DNA from: a virus
Taxonomy: Duplodnaviria > Caudoviricetes
Virus record (IMG/VR): IMGVR_UViG_3300009370_001679
Span: 1-64,000 of that record
Length of the DNA stretch: 64,000 nt
Direction: 5' to 3' (one strand)
Part shown: positions 47,978 to 58,041 of the stretch, piece by piece
Numbering within the stretch: position 1 is the first letter of the stretch
How the letters are laid out: every line of letters begins with the position of its first letter
The notes under the pieces: model-generated
The model's database searches: none
What the model was told of the DNA's origin: nothing
The model's input: only the letters and a program-made list of their open reading frames with translations
Translations under genes and position numbers: made by a program

Positions 47978-48833
47978 CTATAAAACCCTCCAAGTTTTTA
48001 CTATGTACATGTAGATTAAAAATTGGGTGTTTCATTCCATCTGACCCAATGGCATATGGCTTATCTGTAAACTCTGCCCCTATTTTATTATTTCTAAGTA
48101 GCGCGCCTATCATATGTTTAGGGTCTGTAAACCCAGATTCATGCCCGTTATTTGTACCGCCTAGATATTGACCATAGGAGCCGGGATCAAACACGAAGTC
48201 CTTTTCTCCAATTTCAGGTACTGTCTTGAAGGCTTCAAACATCTCACACTTGTGAGCCACATGCAGGAGCGACATTTCGCTTACGTGATCAAATCCAAAC
48301 TTGTTTATCAGTACCTGCTCCCCAAGAGCCAGCACTTCGTTTAAAAACTTGCATAGATAAACAATGAGCACAGGCATTGGGATGTGGACAAAAGCAAACG
48401 TAACTTGATCGACCGACATTGGTGTAAGGCTTATCCTATTAGACTGTGGAACGCCGTCAAGGTCGTGGTATAAAAGAACGTCATTTTCAAAGTGAAAGAC
48501 ATCGTACAGTCTATTCTTGTCTATATACTCGCTGAGATAGTATATTCTTTCACAGGTTCTATGCCAGAACAGCTCAGGGCTAGGATGGGTCGTGTTAGGC
48601 GTTCCGTGTCTTTTAAACCAGCATAGATTGTTAAACTCTTTAAGGGTGGTGCCATCCTTTAGTGAGTCCTGAGGGACCCAGTTTACATCAATATCTTTAA
48701 AAAATGGCTGGTCATCTTTACATATAAAATCTATAGTAACGTCAGGATTTGTCTTGCGAGCTTGCGCTAGTGAAATTTGTGTATATGCCGGTAATTCTCC
48801 GCCATCTGAAATAAATGTGTTAACTATTCTCAT
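47970..48833 (-). CDS. Putative GT-A glycosyltransferase
   Basis: FW..T.ER, FHFENDVLLY (DxD-like), FDPGSYGQYLGG, NLHVHSK. Confidence 0.45.
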   Translation of the reverse strand: MRIVNTFISDGGELPAYTQISLAQARKTNPDVTIDFICKDDQPFFKDIDVNWVPQDSLKDGTTLKEFNNLCWFKRHGTPNTTHPSPELFWHRTCERIYYLSEYIDKNRLYDVFHFENDVLLYHDLDGVPQSNRISLTPMSVDQVTFAFVHIPMPVLIVYLCKFLNEVLALGEQVLINKFGFDHVSEMSLLHVAHKCEMFEAFKTVPEIGEKDFVFDPGSYGQYLGGTNNGHESGFTDPKHMIGALLRNNKIGAEFTDKPYAIGSDGMKHPIFNLHVHSKNLEGFIDV

Positions 48834-48834
48834 C

Positions 48835-49611
48835 CTAAAATATACTCCCTTCTTTAGGTTCTATTTTCTTGCTAGAGTCTCTGAAGTATGAGTGTTCAAG
48901 CTTTCCGTCAATAGCCTCCACATACCAATTGTATTTTAATATCTCTTTCGTGGTACTCTCCCGCCTCTCGTCCTCGATAGCAGAAAATATTTTATGTTCA
49001 TCGTTAGCATATTTAAACTGTAGGTTATTCTTTTCGATCTCTTCGTCTGCTATAAAAATCGCATCTACTCCTGATGCCGCCACTAAAGTGTACCCCATCC
49101 AGTTCAATAGATCTTTTGCTGCCGTTATGCTGCAACCATAGCGGCTGTCGCCAGACCAGACCCAATCTTTTCGGTGGATTTGTATTATAGTGCGAGGAGG
49201 AGGGATTTCCGGATTAAACTCTATGGATACCACTCTAGGTTTAAATTTTTCCAAATCCACGCTTCCAGCTACCCAGAAATCCTCTCCATCAATATCTATG
49301 GATAAAAAATCAAATACTCTCGGAACCTTGTACTTTTCTAGCAGCTCATTTATGTTTTCTGCGGAAACAAACTCATTTTTTAGATCATAAATAGCCTCTG
49401 GGTTTTCTGTGCCGTCCATTAGTAAGCCGTCAAACCCTAGAGTTTTTCTTAGGTAGATAGAGTTACCCCGTCCTGTATCTGTGCCATTTGATCCAAACTC
49501 AACAAAATACTTGTTGGTAACACCTATTAGTTCAAAAATTTTCTCCAAAATACCATCTTGGTAAAATTGTGAAAAAACACGCTTCTCAAAATTAAATAAA
49601 TTTATTTCCAT
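48835..49611 (-). CDS. FkbM-like SAM-dependent methyltransferase
   Basis: FSQ..QDG, FVEFG, DFLSIDIDG.D..V, PRVVSIEFN. Confidence 0.7.
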   Translation of the reverse strand: MEINLFNFEKRVFSQFYQDGILEKIFELIGVTNKYFVEFGSNGTDTGRGNSIYLRKTLGFDGLLMDGTENPEAIYDLKNEFVSAENINELLEKYKVPRVFDFLSIDIDGEDFWVAGSVDLEKFKPRVVSIEFNPEIPPPRTIIQIHRKDWVWSGDSRYGCSITAAKDLLNWMGYTLVAASGVDAIFIADEEIEKNNLQFKYANDEHKIFSAIEDERRESTTKEILKYNWYVEAIDGKLEHSYFRDSSKKIEPKEGSIF

Positions 49612-49612
49612 G

Positions 49613-50335
49613 CTATGTCCAGCTATGAATTGTAAAAAGGTCTACGTCTTCAGTTCTATTTTCGTCAACTATTTGTTTTATCTCTTCTCCAGACCAAGGT
49701 TCGTTACTGTACCTTCCGTACATTTTGGTTTTAGTGAGCTGTGAGCCATAAAGATTCGGGTGGTTTTTTGTGATATAATTACCATAGGTCTCAAATTCTG
49801 ACAGGAGGCAGTCATCAGACATAAGTGCATTAATAGCAAGAACCAAATGATCTTTGTTTGGTATCATTTCTGCGCATATATTTTTATCAAAAACCATGAA
49901 GTCGTTAATAAATGTATGGTCAACCTGCCTGCTTAACCCAAAATAAAGCTCCATAAAGTTAAAGTATGGCTCATGGTGTTGATCTCTATCGCTAACAAAA
50001 AAGTTTGGTTTGCCGTCTTTAAATATATCAATAGGCCTGTTGAATATGAGGTCAGAATCTACACATAGATAAAGGTCGTTTTCCGTAAAGTCTTGAAACA
50101 GTTTGACAAGCTGTTGGTATATCCAGTTAGACCGCCTGTATTTTATAGTGGCTTTATTTATTTGGACTGCATCTTCGTCCTTGATGCCCGTGGCAATACT
50201 TCCCCCTAGACCATCTGGAGTTATTACATATATGTTTTCTGGTGATGGGTTAAGATGTTCTAAGCATGAATTTAAACAAAACTGTAGCTTTACATAATCT
50301 TTAGGGTGTGATGGTATTATAAGATCGTATTTCAT
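49613..50335 (-). CDS. Putative GT-A/nucleotide-diphospho-sugar transferase (DUF6492-like)
   Basis: WIYQQLVKL, YLCVDSD, SEFETYG; likely start MKYDL at 50335. Confidence 0.55.
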   Translation of the reverse strand: MKYDLIIPSHPKDYVKLQFCLNSCLEHLNPSPENIYVITPDGLGGSIATGIKDEDAVQINKATIKYRRSNWIYQQLVKLFQDFTENDLYLCVDSDLIFNRPIDIFKDGKPNFFVSDRDQHHEPYFNFMELYFGLSRQVDHTFINDFMVFDKNICAEMIPNKDHLVLAINALMSDDCLLSEFETYGNYITKNHPNLYGSQLTKTKMYGRYSNEPWSGEEIKQIVDENRTEDVDLFTIHSWT

Positions 50336-51204
50336 TCTAACCCCTTTAATATATCTATCTCTTGGTGAGGACAAGCAATATTGCCAAACGGAATCTTTGA
50401 GAGGGATAATCTTTTTCCCTGCTTGAAATATTTACATAGCTCTTCCGAGGAATACGAATAGGTGTCGCCATTTCTGTTTTGTATGGTTTCTTGAACTCTG
50501 TTATTTGGGCTATTCACAACGCAACTCTCTCTTGGGGCCGCCATCATCGGTGGAAGATCAAAGAAGAACCTTTGTAGCTTTCCTTCAAACTCATTGGGTG
50601 TTTGCTGCCAAGGGTTTTTTGTGTTGTATTTATTTAGGACGTCTAATTCTTCACAGTATGGCTCTAGCGTACTCCTCTCAAATATATGGCCGTCTACAGA
50701 AAGGGGGTACGCCCAATAGCCTCCTACAGGGATTGCTGTACGATTCCATATTATGAACTGACCCTTTCCTCTTGACCCTACCTGAGTAGGCATAGCGTCC
50801 TGCCTCATGATTCCATCTCCGTAGTCTCTAAGTGTCGTATTTTTACCCAACCTAAGGGAGATGCACGAATAGAGAGACTCATTACTAAACAGGGTATCAA
50901 TATCGTCAATATTGAATTCAACATACCTATATATTACGTCGTCATCCGTGAAAAAAGAAATATATTTAGATTTCGCGGAAGAAACTAAAGACCTAATATC
51001 TTCAAATATTGAAGACTTCTGTTTTACAAAATCTACCGCTGGATGCTCGACAGATAGTTGCGTATAGGTATCCTCATGGTCTTCGCTGGATGTAGCATAT
51101 AACACAATAACCTTAGAGCAGCACCTCCAGTTTTTGTTAATACTTTTGAGCGTAAGGTCAAGCTGTAGGGCTCTATCTTTACTAAATACTATCGAGGTAA
51201 GCAT
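50332..51204 (-). CDS. GT2-like glycosyltransferase
   Basis: IVFSKDRALQL..L.S, FFTDDDV, YPLSVDGHIF; likely start 51204 after GAGGAG. Confidence 0.55.
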   Translation of the reverse strand: MLTSIVFSKDRALQLDLTLKSINKNWRCCSKVIVLYATSSEDHEDTYTQLSVEHPAVDFVKQKSSIFEDIRSLVSSAKSKYISFFTDDDVIYRYVEFNIDDIDTLFSNESLYSCISLRLGKNTTLRDYGDGIMRQDAMPTQVGSRGKGQFIIWNRTAIPVGGYWAYPLSVDGHIFERSTLEPYCEELDVLNKYNTKNPWQQTPNEFEGKLQRFFFDLPPMMAAPRESCVVNSPNNRVQETIQNRNGDTYSYSSEELCKYFKQGKRLSLSKIPFGNIACPHQEIDILKGLE

Positions 51205-52168
51205 CAAACTCCTCTGCATTGGTCTTGAACCATTCTATAGTTTTCTCTAGCCCCTCGTATAGGCCCACAGTAGGGCTGTATCCAAGCCATTCTTTTGCTC
51301 GGTTAATGCTCAAGCACCTTCTAGGCTGACCATCAGGGTATTCAGAGTTAAATCTTATTTTACCGTCATAGCCCATAATTTCAGCAATAGAAAGGGCTAG
51401 ATGTTTTATCATCACCTCTCCCCCTGTCCCAATGTTGATAGGTTCTGCGGATACGTCTTTCTCCAAAGACAGCCTAATAGCTTCTGCGCAGTCATCTATA
51501 TAGAGAAACTCTCGGCTTGCCTTGCCTGTTCCCCAAATCTCCACAGCATCTTCTTTTTTGTAAAAACTCTTATTGTTTTTAACGTCACGCATTGCCTTAT
51601 GGAACTTAAGTATCAGGGCGGGTATAACATGACTGCTAGCAGGATCAAAATTGTCTTCCGGCCCGTACATATTTACCGGAATCAGGTTAACACCATTGAA
51701 GTCATACTGCTCTTTGTATGACATTATTAATTGCATCAGGCTTTTCTTTGCCACTCCATAAGGGGCGTTTGTTTCTTCTGGGTATCCGTTCCATATATCT
51801 TCTTCTTTAAATGGGACAGGAGTAAACTTTGGGTATGAGCACACCGTTCCAACCATGATAAACTTTTCAACAGAGCCTAGCTTTCTGCACGCCTCAATTA
51901 GGTTAGCCCCCATAATGAGATTATTATACATATATAATCCCGGATTTGCTTTATTGGCTCCAATACCTCCGACGGTAGCGGCTAGGTGAACAACAGCAAC
52001 GGGCTTAGCATACCCTAGTAAGTCATCGACCTCTGATGCTATTGTTAAATCATAACTACTACCTACGGCGACAATGTTTTTATATCCGTTTTCTTTAAGG
52101 TTTCGATATACGGCTTTACCTAAAAACCCAGTACCTCCAGTAACTAAAACTGATTTTTTCTTAAACAT
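51182..52168 (-). CDS. fcl: GDP-L-fucose synthase / GDP-colitose synthase (epimerase-reductase)
   Basis: TGGTGFLG, HLAA.VGGI.AN, GTVCSYPK, YGVAK, NMYGP.DNF, SHVIPAL, WGTG.ASREFLY, DGQPRR. Confidence 0.88.
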   Translation of the reverse strand: MFKKKSVLVTGGTGFLGKAVYRNLKENGYKNIVAVGSSYDLTIASEVDDLLGYAKPVAVVHLAATVGGIGANKANPGLYMYNNLIMGANLIEACRKLGSVEKFIMVGTVCSYPKFTPVPFKEEDIWNGYPEETNAPYGVAKKSLMQLIMSYKEQYDFNGVNLIPVNMYGPEDNFDPASSHVIPALILKFHKAMRDVKNNKSFYKKEDAVEIWGTGKASREFLYIDDCAEAIRLSLEKDVSAEPINIGTGGEVMIKHLALSIAEIMGYDGKIRFNSEYPDGQPRRCLSINRAKEWLGYSPTVGLYEGLEKTIEWFKTNAEEFDAYLDSI

Positions 52169-53207
52169 CTATATGCTCCTTGGCTTGATTCCAGCCTTTT
52201 ATAATATTTTGAGCTTCCTGTTCATATCCGAAATAGCCTAGTATTTGAGCAACTCGGTGGAAGCTAGTATGGTTGTCCAAAATGAACTTCCTGCCTGTGA
52301 TTGCAATTTCTTTTCTCTCTTCCTCATGAGACAGATAATAATCAATCTTCTCTTTAAAGTCGTCTGGTGAATCAGCAAAAACAACACCGTTGCCATTGAA
52401 GATTTTACTTATCCCTTCTATATTATCAGAGATACAGAACCCTCCAGCACATAATATTTTGAAGCATCTCTCATTAATATCAAACCCGAATTCGTGGGCG
52501 TGGGGCTCGCTTAGGTTTGGGCAAATTTTTGCAGAGATAAATAAATCTTTGGCTTTTTCATCTGCTAAATATCCGCAGTATTGGTTGGCGTTAGGCCAAG
52601 GTTGATTTCCAAATATTTTGACATTATATCTACCAGTGGGATACAGTAGGGGGGTAAGGTACTTATCTATAATAATACCTTTATATGGCCAGTACCCGCC
52701 AAGAAAACCTATGTCGCAAGAAAGAGCTTCGTCAAACGCCGGAGTAACATACTCATGTACATTTGCGCACATTATGAGCGATTTAGCGTCAACACCTATC
52801 GACTTGAACTTTGAGTGCGTTTGGTCTACGGCATACTGGCTATAATGGATATGTACAAAGTCTGGCTTGCCCGTCTCGTCTTTAAGTTTCTTTAGTATGT
52901 CTTTTTCTTTCTCTGAGGAATACAGGACATTAAATCTAGGGTCTGCCTCAAAGTCTCCCCAATCTCCGGCTCTTAGCCCGACTTTTAAGTGAGGTCTTTC
53001 GTATATACATTTAATTAGGGGCGAATCTAAATTGTAAGACTGTCCTAAGAAAATATCTGGCTCGAAAGTATCAAACGCATCAAAGGCTGAAACCTCTTTG
53101 CAATGCCAAAAAGAAGCCTCAATTCCACACTCATTAAATGCCCTTAACCAAGACTGTCTCTGAAAGTAATGGGCATGCAGTCCATCGCTAGCAATTAAAA
53201 TTTTCAT
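52161..53207 (-). CDS. CgeB-like GT-B glycosyltransferase
   Basis: DIGFLG, KICPNL, INERCFKI..AGGF.ISD, HTS.HRV. Confidence 0.65.
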   Translation of the reverse strand: MKILIASDGLHAHYFQRQSWLRAFNECGIEASFWHCKEVSAFDAFDTFEPDIFLGQSYNLDSPLIKCIYERPHLKVGLRAGDWGDFEADPRFNVLYSSEKEKDILKKLKDETGKPDFVHIHYSQYAVDQTHSKFKSIGVDAKSLIMCANVHEYVTPAFDEALSCDIGFLGGYWPYKGIIIDKYLTPLLYPTGRYNVKIFGNQPWPNANQYCGYLADEKAKDLFISAKICPNLSEPHAHEFGFDINERCFKILCAGGFCISDNIEGISKIFNGNGVVFADSPDDFKEKIDYYLSHEEERKEIAITGRKFILDNHTSFHRVAQILGYFGYEQEAQNIIKGWNQAKEHIDV

Positions 53208-53898
53208 TCTTTATATCCTTCATGCAGTCTATTTCAACGATAGACATGTTGTCTGGCTCGTAAACCTTTATAGTTCCGCCTCTACTTATTATAGAGTTAA
53301 TAACCTCAAAAGCCAACAGTGTTTTTGTTTCATTGGCTGCTTTTGAGCAAATTTGCCGCAGTATAGCAAACTCTTTTCCCGTCAAGAAAGCGATCTGGCA
53401 CCACTTGGTGTCTAGTCCGTAGGATAATATGCTTGCCTTGTCGTTGACAACAGTAACCCCAACCTCTTTCTCTCTCATCTTATTCTTGTTATCTACAACG
53501 ATAAATGACCTAGAAAAGTCTGCTGAGTTGATGGTTTTAATATCAAAATATAAATCCCCATGAAAGAACAAAACACTATTACTGGTTATGTTGTTTACTA
53601 TTAGCCTTAGGGTTTCAAAAGGCCCAGTCGTATCGTGTAGTTGGTTTTCTACAAACCTGACTTCGCCGGGAAATTTTTTAAGTATTCTGTTCGCTTCTAC
53701 CCCTATACCAACCACAATCTCTGGCTCATGAAAAACCGAATTCACTGTATCCAACTGGTGTTGCAATAAAAACTTTGGCCCCACTTTAAGTAAGGCTCTA
53801 GGCTCATGGGACTTTATCCTACTGCCTGTTCCGGCAGATAAAATGCCGACACTGGTATTAAGAGGTTCCTTTTTTATTTTTTGTGTAAATCTACTCAT
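53188..53898 (-). CDS. NTP transferase (LicC/sugar nucleotidyltransferase-like)
   Basis: ILSAGTGSR....PRALL, HGDL, EID...D. Confidence 0.65.
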   Translation of the reverse strand: MSRFTQKIKKEPLNTSVGILSAGTGSRIKSHEPRALLKVGPKFLLQHQLDTVNSVFHEPEIVVGIGVEANRILKKFPGEVRFVENQLHDTTGPFETLRLIVNNITSNSVLFFHGDLYFDIKTINSADFSRSFIVVDNKNKMREKEVGVTVVNDKASILSYGLDTKWCQIAFLTGKEFAILRQICSKAANETKTLLAFEVINSIISRGGTIKVYEPDNMSIVEIDCMKDIKNENFNC

Positions 53899-54694
53899 CT
53901 CTAGAGTTTATCTTCTCCATATTTTCTACAAATATACCCTGTGTCATTCTCATGGATTGGTTCTGCCCTGTTTCTCTAACGAAAGATAGGGGCTGTGGAA
54001 CATGAACCATCATGCAAATTCTTGAGAGTCTAAGCCATAAGTCGTAATCCTCTGTGCATCCAATAAAGCCCTGAGATGCTGGGCCATGTAAATTACTATC
54101 ATAAAATTCCTTTTTTTCTGGTAGCAGTATTTCTTGTAAACATCTTTTCTTTATAACTCCAGCGCTATGAACTATACACTGTTGATGTAACCCCCTTAGA
54201 GAGTATGGGTGTTTATATTCGTATTTCTTATAATCGTTACCATCATAAGTTTTATGTATAACATAGTCAGAGTACGTGACTCCAATATCTTCATACTCCA
54301 TAAGTTTTTCAACCTGTATAGATATTTTATTATAAGCATACATATCATCAGCATCTAGTATAGCAAAAACATCAGCCCACTCCCAAGCTTCCCAGATGGC
54401 AACGTTTCTTGCGGTGCTAGCCCCAGAATTATCAATTCTAAAAGCCGTTAATCCGTCCATCTCTCTGTGCTCAATTGGCCCCTCATAGTAAGGAGTACTT
54501 AGGGTCTTTTTTGATATTGCGTTTGCTGCAAACGTAGATATCTTTTCCCAAGAGTCATCAGAAGATCCGTCATCTAAAACAAAAACTCTGAGCTCTCCCT
54601 TGTAGTCTTGGTCTAAAGCGCTATGTATAGCCTCCAAGACAAATTCTCCATAATTGTAGTTGCTGATTATGACAGCAACTTTAGGCAGTACCAT
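53891..54694 (-). CDS. GT2 family glycosyltransferase
   Basis: VIISNYN, DDGSSD, N.GAS.ARN, LDADD, EDYDLWLR; likely start MVLPK at 54694 after AAGGAG. Confidence 0.88.
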   Translation of the reverse strand: MVLPKVAVIISNYNYGEFVLEAIHSALDQDYKGELRVFVLDDGSSDDSWEKISTFAANAISKKTLSTPYYEGPIEHREMDGLTAFRIDNSGASTARNVAIWEAWEWADVFAILDADDMYAYNKISIQVEKLMEYEDIGVTYSDYVIHKTYDGNDYKKYEYKHPYSLRGLHQQCIVHSAGVIKKRCLQEILLPEKKEFYDSNLHGPASQGFIGCTEDYDLWLRLSRICMMVHVPQPLSFVRETGQNQSMRMTQGIFVENMEKINSRDE

Positions 54695-55490
54695 TGATGA
54701 ACTCCTTCCACTCGCAAACATTGTCGGGATTGTCAGAGGCCATAAGCTCAACCTTTTCAATAAAGTTAATTCTAACCTTCTCTTTAGTTTTAGGGTCTAC
54801 CAACCCCTTATTGCCATCAAGAAACTTATATACGGCTGACTGGAATATCATACCGTTCATTTTTTCGTATGGTTTCACAAGCACTAAACGCTTCATATCT
54901 ATATTCATTCTGTCGTCTATCTTTTCAAATAGGTTTTCAGGTATATCCTCCCCAGAAGTTGTTACAAAAACCCAGCCATTCTTAGCATGTCTAAACGCTT
55001 CACCCACTAGAAATAAGTCCATCTGACCAACGAGGCTCAGCACAATATGGTACTCGGTTTCTTCAAAGTCAAATTCGGTAGCAAGCAGAGCCTGTATCTC
55101 TTCGTTGTATTCAACGCCCGGATTAATAATGACTATGTATCGAGGCGCGCCACGGGTTTGGTTTTTAATTTGCTTTATTGTATACTTAAGGTCTTCTATG
55201 GCGTTATCAGAGCCGGTATCTAGAAACACAAACATCCCAATACGTGGAAAAACCTCACTAAGAACTGTTTGTCTTAAATTCTTCTTCTCTTCTTTAGACA
55301 GAACCTTCTTCCACTCTTTAGGTCTATAGGTATTACAAAATCTATCGAAAACAAACTCAAACTTGCCTCCTTCAGTTTTTCCAGCCTTTTCCGGATTTAG
55401 CAACTCCACTCTATTTAGCTTGCAGCCGATTTGCTTTTTATTTCTATACTCGGCAAATACGCAGCCTTTGCAATGTGTCTCAACCCTCAT
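54681..55490 (-). CDS. Hypothetical protein: N-terminal Cys cluster plus degenerate GT-A-like domain
   Basis: HCKGC...GC...FC; DL..TI.QI..Q......IVI, AKNGW pattern without DxD. Confidence 0.45.
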   Translation of the reverse strand: MRVETHCKGCVFAEYRNKKQIGCKLNRVELLNPEKAGKTEGGKFEFVFDRFCNTYRPKEWKKVLSKEEKKNLRQTVLSEVFPRIGMFVFLDTGSDNAIEDLKYTIKQIKNQTRGAPRYIVIINPGVEYNEEIQALLATEFDFEETEYHIVLSLVGQMDLFLVGEAFRHAKNGWVFVTTSGEDIPENLFEKIDDRMNIDMKRLVLVKPYEKMNGMIFQSAVYKFLDGNKGLVDPKTKEKVRINFIEKVELMASDNPDNVCEWKEFINGTA

Positions 55491-55917
55491 TATTGCTTCT
55501 CCTTGCTGTTATGATTGATTGCATAGTTTCACTACTGATAAATTGCTCTTCTATCCTTAGTCCCAGTTCCTCCAGCCTATCTGCTATGGTCTCTATATTT
55601 AGGACAGAGGCTATCGAACCAGATGTATCAAACAGTAAGTCATTTATGTCTTGAACGCCCATTCCCATCTTGTTGTAATGGTGGCATATCATGTCTATAT
55701 CTTTTTCATAAATAATTATCCTGCCGTTAATCCTAAGTTTTGACACAACCTTATTCAGTACTGGGCCAAGTTCAATATATGGAAAAGAGGTGAGCATTGA
55801 GTCTATAATGATTTCTATGGCTTCTGAATCATCGACAAAAAGATCAATTGATGATATATCGCTCACCCATATATGATTTGACTCAGAGGGTTTCCTGTTA
55901 GACAATATGATTTTCAT
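55480..55917 (-). CDS. Truncated/degenerate methyltransferase-like protein
   Basis: DDSEA.EI and SKLR..G.III resemble the C-terminal half of class I methyltransferases; no GxGxG. Confidence 0.4.
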   Translation of the reverse strand: MKIILSNRKPSESNHIWVSDISSIDLFVDDSEAIEIIIDSMLTSFPYIELGPVLNKVVSKLRINGRIIIYEKDIDMICHHYNKMGMGVQDINDLLFDTSGSIASVLNIETIADRLEELGLRIEEQFISSETMQSIITARRSNNEG

Positions 55918-55919
55918 GT

Positions 55920-56942
55920 TTATTTCCTGTAATTTTGTATAACGTTAAAAAATTGTTTATTCCAACTCTCAACAAATCGGTCTAGATTGAACTCATTTAT
56001 AATTGTGGCTTTTGCGTTGTCTCCCAATCTTCTGGCTTCGTCAGGATTGTTAAGGAGATACTCGCAATGACTCCTAAGCTCATCTTTTGTGTTGCCGAGA
56101 AGACCGTTTTCTCCGTCCTGTATAATTTCGGGTATCATACAGTTGTTGGTGCTAACTATAGCGCACCCGCAAGCCATAGCCTCCATTAATACTGTTGGTA
56201 CGGGAGAGTGAATAGATGTGTTCAGAAAGATAGAAGACTTCTTATACTCTTCTCTTAAGACCTCAAGACTGGAAGCGGGTTCAGATAATCCGGGACTGCT
56301 GCCAAGAACTTTTATGGGAAGTTGATCGGGAGAGTTAAATCCAACTGTTTGTTGCCATAGGTTCCAGCCACAGCACCAGTCCCTGTTTGGCCAATCGTTG
56401 ACTACAGATATACAGACATTTTCGCGGTCATATGAATCGCCACCGCTCCAGAAATCAGTATCTATTCCATGTTCAATAAAAGAAGTAGTGTTGGATAAAT
56501 TTTTCCCCCATTCCTCCATATTGTATCGAGATATAAAGCTGTCATGATCGACCTCAATAGCATTAAAGCTAGCAATCTGTGAACTAACATCAAACCGAAT
56601 ATCTGGTAAAACATGTGTGTGTCGCAAGATAGGTATATTGAAAAGCTGTTGAATTTGTTTGGCGGTCATAATTCTTTCGCAGCTTGTGTGGCAAAGAATT
56701 AAATCAAAGTTAATATGCCAAGGCACGATATCAATCTCTTGATAGTTTGTGGGAATTAAGCCATAGTCTGTATTCCATGTTTTTCCATGATTCATAGAAT
56801 AGAAATTATGTCCTGTTTTGCATAGACCCTGTTCGTATCTTTCGTGCGTACAAAATGTCAATATATTAAGCGCATCTCCTTCGCTTAAGGTAGACCTTCT
56901 CATCATAGACCTTACAGACTGTTGGCTCGCGGTACTACTCAT
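55920..56942 (-). CDS. GT4 family glycosyltransferase
   Basis: HGIDTDF, FLNTS..SP.P..LMEAMACGCAIV, IPEII.DGENG. Confidence 0.85.
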   Translation of the reverse strand: MSSTASQQSVRSMMRRSTLSEGDALNILTFCTHERYEQGLCKTGHNFYSMNHGKTWNTDYGLIPTNYQEIDIVPWHINFDLILCHTSCERIMTAKQIQQLFNIPILRHTHVLPDIRFDVSSQIASFNAIEVDHDSFISRYNMEEWGKNLSNTTSFIEHGIDTDFWSGGDSYDRENVCISVVNDWPNRDWCCGWNLWQQTVGFNSPDQLPIKVLGSSPGLSEPASSLEVLREEYKKSSIFLNTSIHSPVPTVLMEAMACGCAIVSTNNCMIPEIIQDGENGLLGNTKDELRSHCEYLLNNPDEARRLGDNAKATIINEFNLDRFVESWNKQFFNVIQNYRK

Positions 56943-58041
56943 ATAACAACTCCTTTAGTTTTTTGCCAATACACTTTATATCGTATTCTCTAGCCTTAGC
57001 CATAGAATCATCTTTTTTGGCATTGTATTCTTTTGGGTTATTCTTGTAAGTCTCATAAGCCACCCTCATTATAGAGCATAGCGACTCCAAGTCTGGCTCC
57101 ATCCATCTGGTAAGCGATGTATACACACTGTCCATCGAGTCTGTTGCCATGTAGCATGGGGCTGGAGACGATGGAACTTTCCACCCCACACAGAAATCAT
57201 CCATACCAGTATTAGCTGTATGTATAACAGGTATGCCCATAGCCATAGACTCTAGTGCCGGTATGCACCAAGCCTCTCCAAAACTAGGCATAACAAAACA
57301 GTCGCACTTATCCATCAGTGAGTGTAGGTGCCTACTTTCCAGATGCCCTGTTATAGCAATTTCTTTTCTGTAGTTCTTTCTTATTTTAAGCGCTCGTCTT
57401 ACATTGCCTGAAAGGGTGTCGAAATATTTAAGCGTCTCATCGTGACTATATCCCGGCTTACTCAGCTTCAAGAATAGGTTAACAGGTTCTGACGGGTGAA
57501 ACTCTGTATGAAAAGCCCGTAACAAAGTTTCAATATTTTTTCTCTTGACCATCTCCCCGACAAAGCAGAAGTTAAAACACCCACTAAACTCCCCTACGTT
57601 TGCGCAGTCTTCTATGTTTTGATAATCTTCCATAGGTAGACATAGCGGTGCTAACTTAACGGGGATTGTTACTCCGCTTTTCTGGGAGGCTGTTATCATC
57701 TGATTGTTAGGAACCCACGCTTCGTCAAGCAAGTTTATATGTTTGTGCCACATAGTCTCTGAAAAAGTCGCTGTTTCAGTATAGAAGATACCTATGTTTT
57801 TGAATCTTGAGTTGTAAGAGTATAGCGGCGGAAGTGTGTGTTGAATACAAACATCTACGCCCTGTTCGCTCTGCCCCTCTAACTCCGCAATTCTTTGGTT
57901 GCTAGTATTGTGCGAGTCATTAAAGGTGATAGCTCTAGGCACAACATTTACTCCAGCAGAATCTAAAGCCAATATATTATTGAAGCAAGCGTTTCCCCAC
58001 CCCGTTCTGTCGTTATAGTTTCCTATATAGAGAACTTTCAT
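56935..58041 (-). CDS. GT4 family glycosyltransferase
   Basis: FVG....RKN..TL..AF, DCFVMPSFGEAWCIPALESMAMG.PVI. Confidence 0.85.
   Translation of the reverse strand: MKVLYIGNYNDRTGWGNACFNNILALDSAGVNVVPRAITFNDSHNTSNQRIAELEGQSEQGVDVCIQHTLPPLYSYNSRFKNIGIFYTETATFSETMWHKHINLLDEAWVPNNQMITASQKSGVTIPVKLAPLCLPMEDYQNIEDCANVGEFSGCFNFCFVGEMVKRKNIETLLRAFHTEFHPSEPVNLFLKLSKPGYSHDETLKYFDTLSGNVRRALKIRKNYRKEIAITGHLESRHLHSLMDKCDCFVMPSFGEAWCIPALESMAMGIPVIHTANTGMDDFCVGWKVPSSPAPCYMATDSMDSVYTSLTRWMEPDLESLCSIMRVAYETYKNNPKEYNAKKDDSMAKAREYDIKCIGKKLKELLYE

Noticed and set aside
2370-57128. Intragenic TGTGTATA hits (2371, 30557, 48778 antisense to glycan genes, ~57120 on minus) as internal or antisense promoters
   Set aside because: A rough estimate at ~41% GC gives 3-4 chance hits of this 8-mer on both strands of 64 kb, so only the intergenic copies were called.
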